Source: an uncultured Alphaproteobacteria bacterium (GTDB lineage Bacteria > Pseudomonadota > Alphaproteobacteria > Rhodobacterales > Rhodobacteraceae). Taken from it: a stretch of 64,000 bases of DNA. The position numbers and the translations under genes were made by a program. Positions 52,004 to 60,864 of this stretch are shown here, in pieces. The stretch's first letter is position 1, and every line of letters begins with the position of its first letter. The stretch covers positions 9,738 through 73,737 of the forward strand of contig CACOBR010000005.1 of the NCBI GenBank assembly GCA_902625475.1. Reading direction: 5' to 3'. Under the pieces are notes generated by a model, which saw only the letters and a program-made list of their open reading frames with translations, was not told where the DNA came from and ran no database searches.

Positions 52004-52732
52004 ATGGATATAAATTCTAAATTAAAATTAAAGATTAAATCTAATAGAAAAGCTATTTTCGAATTAGATGCAAAAATTGAAGAAAATAGATCTAAAATTG
52101 AAGAATTAAGGTCTTCGTCAGAAAGAGATAATGCTTCAATAGCTAGAAATTACACTGCTGCATTTTATGGGAATCATCATTTAACTAATAGAAATACAGA
52201 AGAAATTTTTAAAAATAGAATAGCCATTCTCAATAATATGGAAGTTGAGGGCGAGATTGAAGTAAGTTTTAGAGAAACAATGATTAATATGGCAAATATT
52301 GATTATTTCTCTCATAGGGCAGAAGTTAATCAAGAAATAATTGATATCAATCAAAAATTATCCGAAATAAATTCTTTACTTATTGAAATAAACAGAGCAA
52401 TCATGGCAAGAAATGAAAAATCAGTAAAATTTAATAGAAAAAATTTAGATATAAACAAAAAATTTTTAGATGGTGAATTTCACCCTTCAAAAGCTACCTT
52501 AACAGCAAATAATAAAAGATCTAAAGATAATGAAGAAAGATGTTTAAAGCTATCTAAAGCTGCTGACAGAAATAAAAATAAAATTGAAAAATTAAAAAAA
52601 CTAGGACAGGAAAATGCTGCTAATGTCTTAAAAAACTCAATTGAAATTTCAAAGAGAAGAAGTCAAATTACAGAAAATCAAGAAGAAGTAATATCTGACC
52701 AAAAACTCATTGCAAGTACAATTTTTAATTAG
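52004..52732 (+). CDS. Hypothetical coiled-coil protein (orphan)
   Basis: 242 aa, very K/E/N-rich with heptad-like stretches at both ends. It has no TM or signal segment and no motif I recognise. It is flanked by 163-nt and 109-nt spacers, so it probably has its own promoter. Confidence 0.55.
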   Translation: MDINSKLKLKIKSNRKAIFELDAKIEENRSKIEELRSSSERDNASIARNYTAAFYGNHHLTNRNTEEIFKNRIAILNNMEVEGEIEVSFRETMINMANIDYFSHRAEVNQEIIDINQKLSEINSLLIEINRAIMARNEKSVKFNRKNLDINKKFLDGEFHPSKATLTANNKRSKDNEERCLKLSKAADRNKNKIEKLKKLGQENAANVLKNSIEISKRRSQITENQEEVISDQKLIASTIFN

Positions 52733-52841
52733 TCAAATTATTTTATTTTAGAATCAGAATTCTAATGCTGATATAATAGTCAATATTTTTTTCTTAATAA
52801 TATTAAGTTTTTAAAAATACTAAACTTTTGGAATTACTTCA

Positions 52842-53567
52842 ATGTCTTATGTTTTAAAGACTGCTGAAAATACAAATGACATAAAATTATCTCAATTATT
52901 TAGAAGCAAAATTTTTAGAAAGTCAAAAAGTATATGTGATAATGATGAATTAGATCAAAGATGTATCCATTATCTAATTTTTGATAAATTCAATTCTTAC
53001 AAATTAGTATGTGTTTTTCGTGTTTACCTTATACATAATACTAATCAACTTTGTAATTCCTATTCCCATAAGTTTTACAAACTTAATAATTTAAAAAAAA
53101 TCCAGGATCCAATGCTTGAACTAGGTAGATTTTGTGTTGATCCAAATTATAGAGATCCAAAAATTATCATGACTGCATGGTCTGCAATCAGAAAACTAGT
53201 TGAAAAAAATAAGATTAAATTTCTTTTTGGATGTTCAAGTTTTATTGGTACTAGTATAGATAGATATTTGGATTGTTTTAAATTTTTGAAAACAAAATAT
53301 ATAGCACCAAAAAAATATAATCTTTATGTAAAGGCACCTAAAGTTTTTGAATTTGATAATCTTATAAATTTAAACAATTTTTGCCTTAAAAAAGCGAAAA
53401 AAAATCTTCCCCCTCTTCTTTCCTTCTATTTGAATTTAGGTGGTTGGGTGTCTGATCATGTTGTCATTGATTACGATTTAGGAACTATGCATGTATTTAC
53501 CGGGTTAGAAGTTAAAGAAATACCAGAAAAAAGACTTAATTTCTTAAAAAAAATAAATTTAAATTGA
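52842..53567 (+). CDS. olsB: OlsB-like (hemolysin-like GNAT) amino-acid N-acyltransferase for aminolipid synthesis
   Basis: 241 aa. The pattern RSKIF....D.DELDQRCIHYLIFD, LELGRFCVDPNYR, LFGCSSF, LPPLLSFYLNLGGWV matches the OlsB/GlsB-type acyl-ACP:amino acid N-acyltransferase family as I remember it. Confidence 0.7.
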   Translation: MSYVLKTAENTNDIKLSQLFRSKIFRKSKSICDNDELDQRCIHYLIFDKFNSYKLVCVFRVYLIHNTNQLCNSYSHKFYKLNNLKKIQDPMLELGRFCVDPNYRDPKIIMTAWSAIRKLVEKNKIKFLFGCSSFIGTSIDRYLDCFKFLKTKYIAPKKYNLYVKAPKVFEFDNLINLNNFCLKKAKKNLPPLLSFYLNLGGWVSDHVVIDYDLGTMHVFTGLEVKEIPEKRLNFLKKINLN

Positions 53568-53822
53568 CTTTCCCATATAAATATTTGAGCAGATTTATGA
53601 AAAAATTTATGAAATAAAAGAAAATATATCAATACTAGAGCACCAGTCCCTGAAAACTATGAAGAAATTTTTAATATATTATAAAGTCTAATAAAATTTT
53701 TTAGAAATCATAAAGTAAAATAATTTCCACTTAATGGCAAATAATAAGAATTGTATCCATATAGCTTTACTTAATCTGTAATTTTTGCCAAGATTTAATA
53801 AATCATTTATTGGGAGGAAATT

Positions 53823-54839
53823 ATGATTTTATTTAAACTTTTGAACTTGAAACTTCGGTTATTAAGTCTATTGATTCTATTTGTATTTTTTTCATTTTCA
53901 TTAAATGCTGCAGAATATACTGGTAGATTATCCATGCATTGGAATGATAAACATCACTGTACTAAGCACGCGCAAATGTTTGTTGACGAAGTTTTCGAAA
54001 AATCTAATGGGAGACTTAAAATCGAAGTTTTTCATTCTGGTCAATTGTTTGGTATAAGAGAGATTATGGGAGGTATCACTTCAGGAGCTGTTGATTTAGG
54101 TGGTGTAGTAGGAGTTGTTGGTTTTCCAAAAATTAATAAAAACTTTAATGTTGCAACTATACCAGGTTTATTTGACTCTTTTCAACAACAACGAGAATTT
54201 TTTCAAAAGTCAGAAAAGGGAGCAGAAATTTGGGGTGATTTATTAAAGAAAACAAATTCTAAATTAGTAATGTATAATCCTGTTGGACCTGTGATGACAT
54301 TCAGTGGAGCTCGAGAATTGACTGGCGTTGATGCTATGAAAGATTTAAAAGCCAGAAGATTAATAGGCGCTGAAGAACCTATGTGGAAAGCATATGGTGC
54401 GAAAATTGTTGGATTAAAAACTAGTGAAGTTTATACTGCGCTTCAAACAGGTATGATTGATACAATAAATACTCCACCACAAAGTATTAGAGCATATAGT
54501 TGGTGGGAATTTTTAAAATTTGGTCAAAGACCTTATCAATATTTTGCAGATGCATATATAATGGCAAATAATGACTGGTTTAATAAATTACCAAGCGATT
54601 TACAAAAAATTGTTTTAGAAGCTGGTAAAAAATTTGGAGATGTTTCTACTGATAAAATTATTGGAGTTGGTGAAGAAGTAATTTCTGAATTTGAATCTAG
54701 AGGTGGGAAAATGACAACTTTAACTGGAGCCGAAAAAGTAAAATTTGATAACCTTATGACAGAAAAAGTATTACCAGCCATGATGGATAAATTTGATGCT
54801 GATGCTCTAAAGGCAGCTGAGACTTTTACATCAAATTAA
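53823..54839 (+). CDS. TRAP transporter substrate-binding protein (DctP family)
   Basis: 338 aa with a signal peptide (ending SLNA|AEY) and DctP-type length. It is followed by the small and large TRAP membrane subunits. A GGGAGGA SD lies 5 nt upstream of the ATG. Confidence 0.88.
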   Translation: MILFKLLNLKLRLLSLLILFVFFSFSLNAAEYTGRLSMHWNDKHHCTKHAQMFVDEVFEKSNGRLKIEVFHSGQLFGIREIMGGITSGAVDLGGVVGVVGFPKINKNFNVATIPGLFDSFQQQREFFQKSEKGAEIWGDLLKKTNSKLVMYNPVGPVMTFSGARELTGVDAMKDLKARRLIGAEEPMWKAYGAKIVGLKTSEVYTALQTGMIDTINTPPQSIRAYSWWEFLKFGQRPYQYFADAYIMANNDWFNKLPSDLQKIVLEAGKKFGDVSTDKIIGVGEEVISEFESRGGKMTTLTGAEKVKFDNLMTEKVLPAMMDKFDADALKAAETFTSN

Positions 54840-54872
54840 ATCTATTTAATATAAAATTATTCAACAATTACA

Positions 54873-55385
54873 ATGAATAATATCCTTCTGCCATTGCAAT
54901 TTATAAATGCAGTTTTAAGCAAAATTACATTTTTCATTGCAATGGCAATAGTTTGTATAATGGTATTAGCCTTATCAGCTAGTGCATTAACAAGATATAT
55001 TTCTGGTCATGGTTTTGACTGGTTTATAGAATTACCTCCTGCCTTGGTAAGCTGGTTAGTTTTTCCTATGCTTGGCCCCTTATTAAAAACAGGAAACCAT
55101 ATAGAGGTTGATTTTGTAAGTACAATTATTTCCAACAAGAAAATAAAATATATAAAATTTTTTGTTTATTTAATAAGTTTAATTTCGTCATTTATTTTCT
55201 TTAAGGCAGGATTGGATGCAACAGTTTTATTTTATAATCTAGGCCAAATGATGGAACTAGAGATAGATGTCCCTATTTGGATAATGTTCTTATCATTTCC
55301 AGTTGGTTTTATAATAATGGGGTTATTTTCGTTAGAATTACTCCTGCAAACATTAAATGAAATATACAAAGATAGATTTAATTGA
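54873..55385 (+). CDS. TRAP transporter small permease (DctQ family)
   Basis: 170 aa with 4 predicted TM segments, positioned between the DctP-like and DctM-like genes. Confidence 0.85.
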   Translation: MNNILLPLQFINAVLSKITFFIAMAIVCIMVLALSASALTRYISGHGFDWFIELPPALVSWLVFPMLGPLLKTGNHIEVDFVSTIISNKKIKYIKFFVYLISLISSFIFFKAGLDATVLFYNLGQMMELEIDVPIWIMFLSFPVGFIIMGLFSLELLLQTLNEIYKDRFN

Positions 55386-56656
55386 TGTTTACTTTTGCGT
55401 TAATATTTTCATTTATTTTGTTATTCTTGTCAGTACCAATTTTTTTAGTTTTTGGGTTAGGTAGTTCAATTGCAGCCATTTGGGGATTGAATTTACCATG
55501 GTCTACACTTATCCAAATGGCCTTCGAGTCTATGAACAAACACGTTTTGATTGCAGTTCCATTGTTTGTATTCTCAGGAATGGTAATGTTAAGAGGTGGA
55601 GCTGCTAATAGATTGGTCAATTTTGCAACATCTCTTGTAGGACATTTACCTGGTGGACTTGGAATTGCAATGGTTCTAGCTATGGGATTTTTTGCTGCTT
55701 TTTGTGGTTCTATCTTAGCTGCAATTACAGCAGTAGGAACAATTATGATGCCTAAAATGATAGAGGCAGGTTATCCTAAACCTTTTGTAATTGTTTTAGC
55801 CGCTTCAGCAGCTTTACTAGAAGCATTAATACCACCATCAAATGCAGCTATTTTGTATAGTGCATTAACATATGTTCCAGTTTCGCAGACATTTGCAGCA
55901 GGTGTCATACCTGGTTTGATTTTGCTATTATTTATGATAATTCTTGTGTTATTCAAATGTCGGAACGTACAAAGATATAAACCTGCAACAAATTATGAAA
56001 AACTAGTACTGGGTGTAAAAGCCTTTCCAGCACTATTAACTCCACTAATAATTTTAGGAGGGATTTATGGTGGTTTTTTAACACCTTCAGAATCCGCAGC
56101 TGTTTCTGGAATATGGGCAATTTTTATGGGTTTTGTTATTTATAGAGAACTAAAGATCAAATCTTTACTACAAAGTGTAAAAGATACAGCAATTACAACT
56201 GCTGTAATATTTTCTATTATAGCAATGGCAACATTCTTAAGTAAAGTATTTACTTATACACAGTTTCCACAATTTATTATTAAATCAATAACGGAAATGG
56301 GCGTAGGTTTAAATTTCTTTTGGTTTGCTATGGCTTTAATATGTTTGATTTTAGGAACATTCATCGAAATTGTGCCCGTTTTTTATCTTACAATTCCAAT
56401 ATTTACAGCGATTATTTTATCGTTTGATCAAAGCTTAATTCATCTTTATGTTGTATTTGTTGCCTTTGCTGGAATAGGTATGATTACACCGCCAGTTTGT
56501 GTTGGTATTTATACATCAGCCAGTGTCATTAAGGAGAATCCTGGAAAAGCATTTAAAGAAGTACCATTATTTACAGTCGTAGGTATTTTGTATGGTATTA
56601 TAATGATACTATTCCCAAGTTTATCAACATGGCTGCCAGCATATCTTTCAGGTTAA
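55382..56656 (+). CDS. TRAP transporter large permease (DctM family)
   Basis: 424 aa and polytopic, with DctM-like motifs (PLFVFSGMVM..GG, IPPS). The ATG at 55385 overlaps the dctQ stop (TGATG) and is the more likely start than the TTG at 55382. Confidence 0.92.
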   Translation: MMFTFALIFSFILLFLSVPIFLVFGLGSSIAAIWGLNLPWSTLIQMAFESMNKHVLIAVPLFVFSGMVMLRGGAANRLVNFATSLVGHLPGGLGIAMVLAMGFFAAFCGSILAAITAVGTIMMPKMIEAGYPKPFVIVLAASAALLEALIPPSNAAILYSALTYVPVSQTFAAGVIPGLILLLFMIILVLFKCRNVQRYKPATNYEKLVLGVKAFPALLTPLIILGGIYGGFLTPSESAAVSGIWAIFMGFVIYRELKIKSLLQSVKDTAITTAVIFSIIAMATFLSKVFTYTQFPQFIIKSITEMGVGLNFFWFAMALICLILGTFIEIVPVFYLTIPIFTAIILSFDQSLIHLYVVFVAFAGIGMITPPVCVGIYTSASVIKENPGKAFKEVPLFTVVGILYGIIMILFPSLSTWLPAYLSG

Positions 56657-56663
56657 AAATTTT

Positions 56664-57524
56664 TTAACCTGATTTAGCCCAATCCCAATAAAGTTCTCTC
56701 GTTCTTTTGGTGATAGGCCCATTCTGATAATTGGTATCATTAAAGGCTTTTACTGGGGTTACTTTCATCATATTTCCGGACATAAAAACTTCATCAGCTT
56801 CAGAAACATCTTTAAATGATATTACCTTCTCATGAACTTTATAACCATCCGCTTTTAAATTCGAAATGTGCCTATTTCTAGTAATTCCAGCAAGAAAAGT
56901 ACCATTTGGAATAGGTGTAAAAACTTCGCCATCCTTTACGATAAAAATATTAGCTGTAGCAGTTTCAGCAACATTACCCATTATATCTCCAACTAATGCA
57001 TTTGAAAAACCCTTTGATCTTGCTTCTGCTAACATCCTTGCATTGTTTGGATACAAGCATCCAGCTTTTGCATTTACAACATTGTCTTCCAGAACAGGTC
57101 TTCTAAAACTTGTTGTTGTAAGTGTTGCAGCTAAATTTGGGTCAGCCATTGGAATATCTTCTAAACATATTGCAAATCCTGTGACTCCTTTCTTAGGAAC
57201 TATTGCTAAATCTCCACCTTCTATTGCCCAATACATAGGTCTTATATAAATAGCTTGACCTGAATTATATTTTTTAATTCCATCCATAATTATATCTACC
57301 ATTTCTTCTGAAGAAACAGTAGGAGTAATCATCATTGATTCTGCCGAGTGATTTACCCTGTCACAATGAGCTTTCAGATCAGGAGCTACACCATCTACAT
57401 ATCTTGCACCATCAAACACACTACTGCCTAACCATGACCCATGGTCAGCAGCTTTCATCACATATTTATCTTGAGAATGCCATGATCCTTCAAAAAAAGT
57501 TCTTACATTTAAACCAGTAGCCAT
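56664..57524 (-). CDS. ilvE: Class IV (branched-chain amino acid/D-amino acid type) aminotransferase
   Basis: 286 aa. It has the fold-type IV pattern: SSVFDGARY, IRPMYW, the catalytic Lys region (NAKAGCLYPNN), ANIFIVKDGEVFTP, LAGITR and GNMMKVTPV. Confidence 0.85.
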   Translation of the reverse strand: MATGLNVRTFFEGSWHSQDKYVMKAADHGSWLGSSVFDGARYVDGVAPDLKAHCDRVNHSAESMMITPTVSSEEMVDIIMDGIKKYNSGQAIYIRPMYWAIEGGDLAIVPKKGVTGFAICLEDIPMADPNLAATLTTTSFRRPVLEDNVVNAKAGCLYPNNARMLAEARSKGFSNALVGDIMGNVAETATANIFIVKDGEVFTPIPNGTFLAGITRNRHISNLKADGYKVHEKVISFKDVSEADEVFMSGNMMKVTPVKAFNDTNYQNGPITKRTRELYWDWAKSG

Positions 57525-57534
57525 ACAAATTCCT

Positions 57535-57581
57535 ATAAAAAAATAAATGTAATTAGACCTTAAGAGCCTAATTACATTTAT
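57535..57581 (-). terminator. Hairpin with perfect 15-bp stem and 11-nt loop followed (minus strand) by UUUUAU; terminator of the upstream membrane-protein gene and/or leader structure of the aminotransferase
   Basis: Read directly: 57541-57555 AATAAATGTAATTAG and 57567-57581 CTAATTACATTTATT are exact reverse complements. On the minus strand the hairpin is followed by TTTTATAGGAATTTGTATG, which is a U-run, an AGGA SD and the aminotransferase ATG at 57524. Confidence 0.45.
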
Positions 57582-57621
57582 TCAATATGCTATTTAATAA
57601 AAAAGATTCAGAGAGTTTAAA

Positions 57622-58035
57622 TTACATGTAAATCTTATCAGATAACCCCCAAATCAAACCTGCATTAACAACTGTAAAAATAGCAGGGGCTATATAACCT
57701 TCAGCTGTATATTTTACTCCTTCCATCTCAGCCACATCTGATTTAACTGACATATAACCGAGAACTGTAAAAATTAAACTCTGTATAAAAAGTATGTAAA
57801 AAAATACCCATGTACCTTCAGGACCTCCACGATAAATAATATATAAACCCATTAAAAATGTAGTTAATACAAAGGAACCTGCCAACCTTGCTGGTAACAA
57901 AGCAGACCTATGGATTCCGTATTTCTCCATAAAATTTTCAGTGTTTAATACAGACTGGTAGGCGTAAAATCCTCCACCTGCAAGATTTAATAAATAAATT
58001 ATAAATAAAAACCACCCGTTAAAAGCCTCAATCAT
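57622..58035 (-). CDS. Small integral membrane protein (4 predicted TM), uncharacterised
   Basis: 137 aa and hydrophobic throughout. I am not confident of any family assignment. Confidence 0.6.
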   Translation of the reverse strand: MIEAFNGWFLFIIYLLNLAGGGFYAYQSVLNTENFMEKYGIHRSALLPARLAGSFVLTTFLMGLYIIYRGGPEGTWVFFYILFIQSLIFTVLGYMSVKSDVAEMEGVKYTAEGYIAPAIFTVVNAGLIWGLSDKIYM

Positions 58036-58147
58036 TTTAATTCTCCTGTAATATTTTTTATTTTCTTAAACAATTTATAGTTGATATAATAAAATTATAT
58101 TAATCTATAGACAAGTTTTTACTTTTATATCTTACTTTACGTCAATT

Positions 58148-58774
58148 ATGATACTAATTAAAAATAAAATGTTAAGCTTTATTTTACTTATTTTAATTAT
58201 AATATCGTTACTTATTTTTGGATTCTGGGTATTAGTACCAAAATTCTTAGAAACTCCAAAATTTACTATTCTGGAAAAAAACAAATACCTGCAAATTAGA
58301 AAATATGATGAAATGACCTTAGCTAAAATAATCACAAATGGAGAAAGATATGATGGACTAAGAAAAGGGTTTATACCACTTGCTCGATACATAGGTGCAA
58401 AGGAAAGGGATGGACCAAAAATATCTATGACAGCTCCCGTTATGCAACAAAAAAAGGGATATAATAATTGGGAAATTTCATTTTTTATGCCTTCAAAATT
58501 TAAAGAAAATCAGTTGCCTATTTCTAAAAATGATAATATTGAAATAACAACAATTCCCTCATTAATTTTAGCTGTTATCACTTTTAATGGTATTGCAAAC
58601 ACAGAATTATTAGAAAAAAAACTCTCAAAATTAATGAAAGGAATTGAGGAAATTAATTATAAAAAAATTCCAGAAACTGAACCTATATATTCTTATTATA
58701 ATGATCCATCCACACCAGGCTTCTTGAGAAAAAATGAAATAATGATACCAGTTGAAGCAGTAAAAAATAATTAA
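58148..58774 (+). CDS. SOUL/HBP-family heme-binding-like protein with N-terminal anchor
   Basis: 208 aa. It has SOUL-family motifs: YLQIRKYDEMTLAK (cf. Y-E-I-R-x-Y), GFIPLARYIGAKERDGPKISMTAPV, and C-terminal YYNDPSTPGFLRKNEIMIPV. Confidence 0.78.
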   Translation: MILIKNKMLSFILLILIIISLLIFGFWVLVPKFLETPKFTILEKNKYLQIRKYDEMTLAKIITNGERYDGLRKGFIPLARYIGAKERDGPKISMTAPVMQQKKGYNNWEISFFMPSKFKENQLPISKNDNIEITTIPSLILAVITFNGIANTELLEKKLSKLMKGIEEINYKKIPETEPIYSYYNDPSTPGFLRKNEIMIPVEAVKNN

Positions 58775-58866
58775 TTATAGAAACTATATCTTCATTATTT
58801 AAATTTTGTTGATTTTTTTTTTTCATATTATAACCTTTATCTATCTATCAAATTAGACACAGCTTA

Positions 58867-60213
58867 TTGATCAAAATGAATAAGTATTTTAGAGATAACC
58901 GAAAAATAAATCCAACAGAGATTAATCTTAAATTAGAATCAGAAAATAATGAAAATAAAATAGAAATAGGTCCTACCAAACTAGCAATTTCAGAATGGGA
59001 GAAATTAGATTTAGAACTTCCTAACTTAAGTAAAATGAGAGCTTACAGATGGAATAGGCTAGTTGAGCATATTAATGAAAGAGAATATGCAGGTTTATTA
59101 CTATTTGATCCTCTGAATATTAGATATGCCACAGATAGTACTAATATGCAAATCTGGAATATGCATAACCCCTTTCGTGCAGTTCTAGTGTGTGCAGATG
59201 GTTATATGGTAATATGGGATTATAAAAATTCACCTTTTTTAAGTAAATTCAATCCATTAGTCAAAGAACAACGGCATGGTGCTGATTTATTTTATTTTGC
59301 AAGAGGCGATAAATCAAATTTGGCAGCTAATAAATTTTCTAATGAAATTAGAGTATTATTATCTGATCACTCAGGAAATAATAAAAGGCTAGCAGTGGAC
59401 AAAATTATGGTAAATGGATTAAAAGCACTAGAGGCGCAAGGTTTTGAAATTAAAGAAGGTGAAGAACTTACAGAAAAAGCACGTTCAATTAAAGGTCATG
59501 ATGAGATTTTAGCTATGAGATGTGCTTCTGCTGCATGTGAAAATAGTGTTTATCTAATGGAACAATTTGCTAGAAATAATGTCCCAAAAGAACAAGTGAG
59601 TGAGGATGAAATTTGGGCAATTTTACATGCTGAGAATATAAAAAGAGGTGGTGAATGGATAGAAACTAGATTACTAGCCTCAGGGCCTAGAACTAACCCT
59701 TGGTTTCAGGAATGCGGACCAAGAATACCTAAAAATAACGAAATTATTGCATTTGATACTGATTTAGTCGGGAGTTATGGCATTTGTGTAGATATAAGTA
59801 GGACATGGTGGATTGGAGACAAAAAACCAAGGACTGATATGATTTATGCCATGAACCACGGTCTTCAACATATTATGACTAATATGGAGATGTTAAAACC
59901 TGGGGTTTCAATGGAAGAATTAACTCATAAAGCACATATACTTGATCCTATTTATCAAAAAGGAAAGTATGGGGTTCTAATGCATGGAGTTGGTTTATGT
60001 GATGAATGGCCTTCTATAACTTATCCAGATGGATTTGTAGAAGGAGCATATAATTATCCTCTAGAAGAAGGTATGGTTCTTTGCGTTGAAGCTTTAGTAA
60101 GTCCAGAAAACGGTGATTTTTCCATAAAATTAGAAGATCAAGTACTAATAACATCAGATGGTTATGAAAATTTAACAAAATATCCATTTGATGATAGACT
60201 ATTGGGAAATTAA
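58867..60213 (+). CDS. dddP: DddP-like DMSP lyase (M24 metallopeptidase/creatinase fold)
   Basis: 448 aa from the TTG; the ATG at 58876 (MNKYFRD...) is likely the true start. It has a pita-bread fold with the ligand set D-x-D (AFDTDL), D ten residues later (CVDIS), H (LMHGVG), E (CVEAL) and E (KLEDQ). It also has W (MQIWN), Y (WDYK), Y (GKYGV) and D (LCDEW). From the TTG start these sit at a constant +2 offset from the residue numbers I recall for the Ruegeria lacuscaerulensis DddP structure. That comparison is from memory and needs an alignment. Confidence 0.72.
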   Translation: MIKMNKYFRDNRKINPTEINLKLESENNENKIEIGPTKLAISEWEKLDLELPNLSKMRAYRWNRLVEHINEREYAGLLLFDPLNIRYATDSTNMQIWNMHNPFRAVLVCADGYMVIWDYKNSPFLSKFNPLVKEQRHGADLFYFARGDKSNLAANKFSNEIRVLLSDHSGNNKRLAVDKIMVNGLKALEAQGFEIKEGEELTEKARSIKGHDEILAMRCASAACENSVYLMEQFARNNVPKEQVSEDEIWAILHAENIKRGGEWIETRLLASGPRTNPWFQECGPRIPKNNEIIAFDTDLVGSYGICVDISRTWWIGDKKPRTDMIYAMNHGLQHIMTNMEMLKPGVSMEELTHKAHILDPIYQKGKYGVLMHGVGLCDEWPSITYPDGFVEGAYNYPLEEGMVLCVEALVSPENGDFSIKLEDQVLITSDGYENLTKYPFDDRLLGN

Positions 60214-60216
60214 TAA

Positions 60217-60822
60217 ATGGTATCAAAAAAAGTAAAATTTACAGAAATGAAGGATGGCGACAAAGAAGATTACTTATTATTGAAAGAACTTGAGAAATCA
60301 TATATTTCAATGACTTCTGATAGAATTATTGAGGAATTAAAAAGACAAGGTAAAATTTCATTAGAAGGCTATCAAATAACTCGTTTAGAACACGGACTTC
60401 AATCAGGTACCAGAGCTTTTAGAGATGGTGCTGATATTGATTGGATTATAGGTGCCTTATTACATGATATTGGGGATGGTCTAGCCCCACAAAATCATGA
60501 TCGAATGTCAGCAGAAGTTATTCGACCTTTTGTCAGAGAAGAAGTTTCATGGGTAGTTGAACATCATGGTATTTTTCAAATGATTTATTATGCTCATCAT
60601 TATGGATGGGATAAAAATGCTAGAGATAAATTTAAAGATAATATCTATTATAAATCATGCTCAGATTTTTGTGAAAGATGGGATCAAAGTTGTTTTGATC
60701 CGAATTATAATTATGAACCTATAGAATTTTTTGAACCAATGATAAGAGAAGTTTTTAAAAGGAAAGCTTACGATCCTGCAAATATAAAGTCTAACCAAGT
60801 TTTTGGATTACCTCTTATCTAA
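60217..60822 (+). CDS. HD-domain protein, COG4341/PhnZ-like (possible mixed-valent diiron oxygenase)
   Basis: 201 aa. It has H...HD with 24-residue spacing (RLEHGLQ ... ALLHDIGD) and further His pairs (VEHHG, YAHHYG). The size and layout resemble the PhnZ/TmpB/MIOX-type HD oxygenases rather than long phosphohydrolases. It starts 3 nt after the dddP-like stop. Confidence 0.7.
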   Translation: MVSKKVKFTEMKDGDKEDYLLLKELEKSYISMTSDRIIEELKRQGKISLEGYQITRLEHGLQSGTRAFRDGADIDWIIGALLHDIGDGLAPQNHDRMSAEVIRPFVREEVSWVVEHHGIFQMIYYAHHYGWDKNARDKFKDNIYYKSCSDFCERWDQSCFDPNYNYEPIEFFEPMIREVFKRKAYDPANIKSNQVFGLPLI

Positions 60823-60864
60823 CAATCAAATTTTTTTTTAAAACTATAACTTATTAAAATTATT

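Noticed and set aside
52748-52765. Hairpin TTAGAAT-CAGA-ATTCTAA after the coiled-coil gene, as a terminator.
   Set aside because: The stem is only 7 bp and AT-rich, and no downstream T-run follows on the coding strand.
58813-58823. T11 run after the SOUL-like gene, as a terminator tail.
   Set aside because: I could not find a convincing preceding stem-loop. It is likely just AT-rich spacer or promoter DNA for the dddP-like gene.
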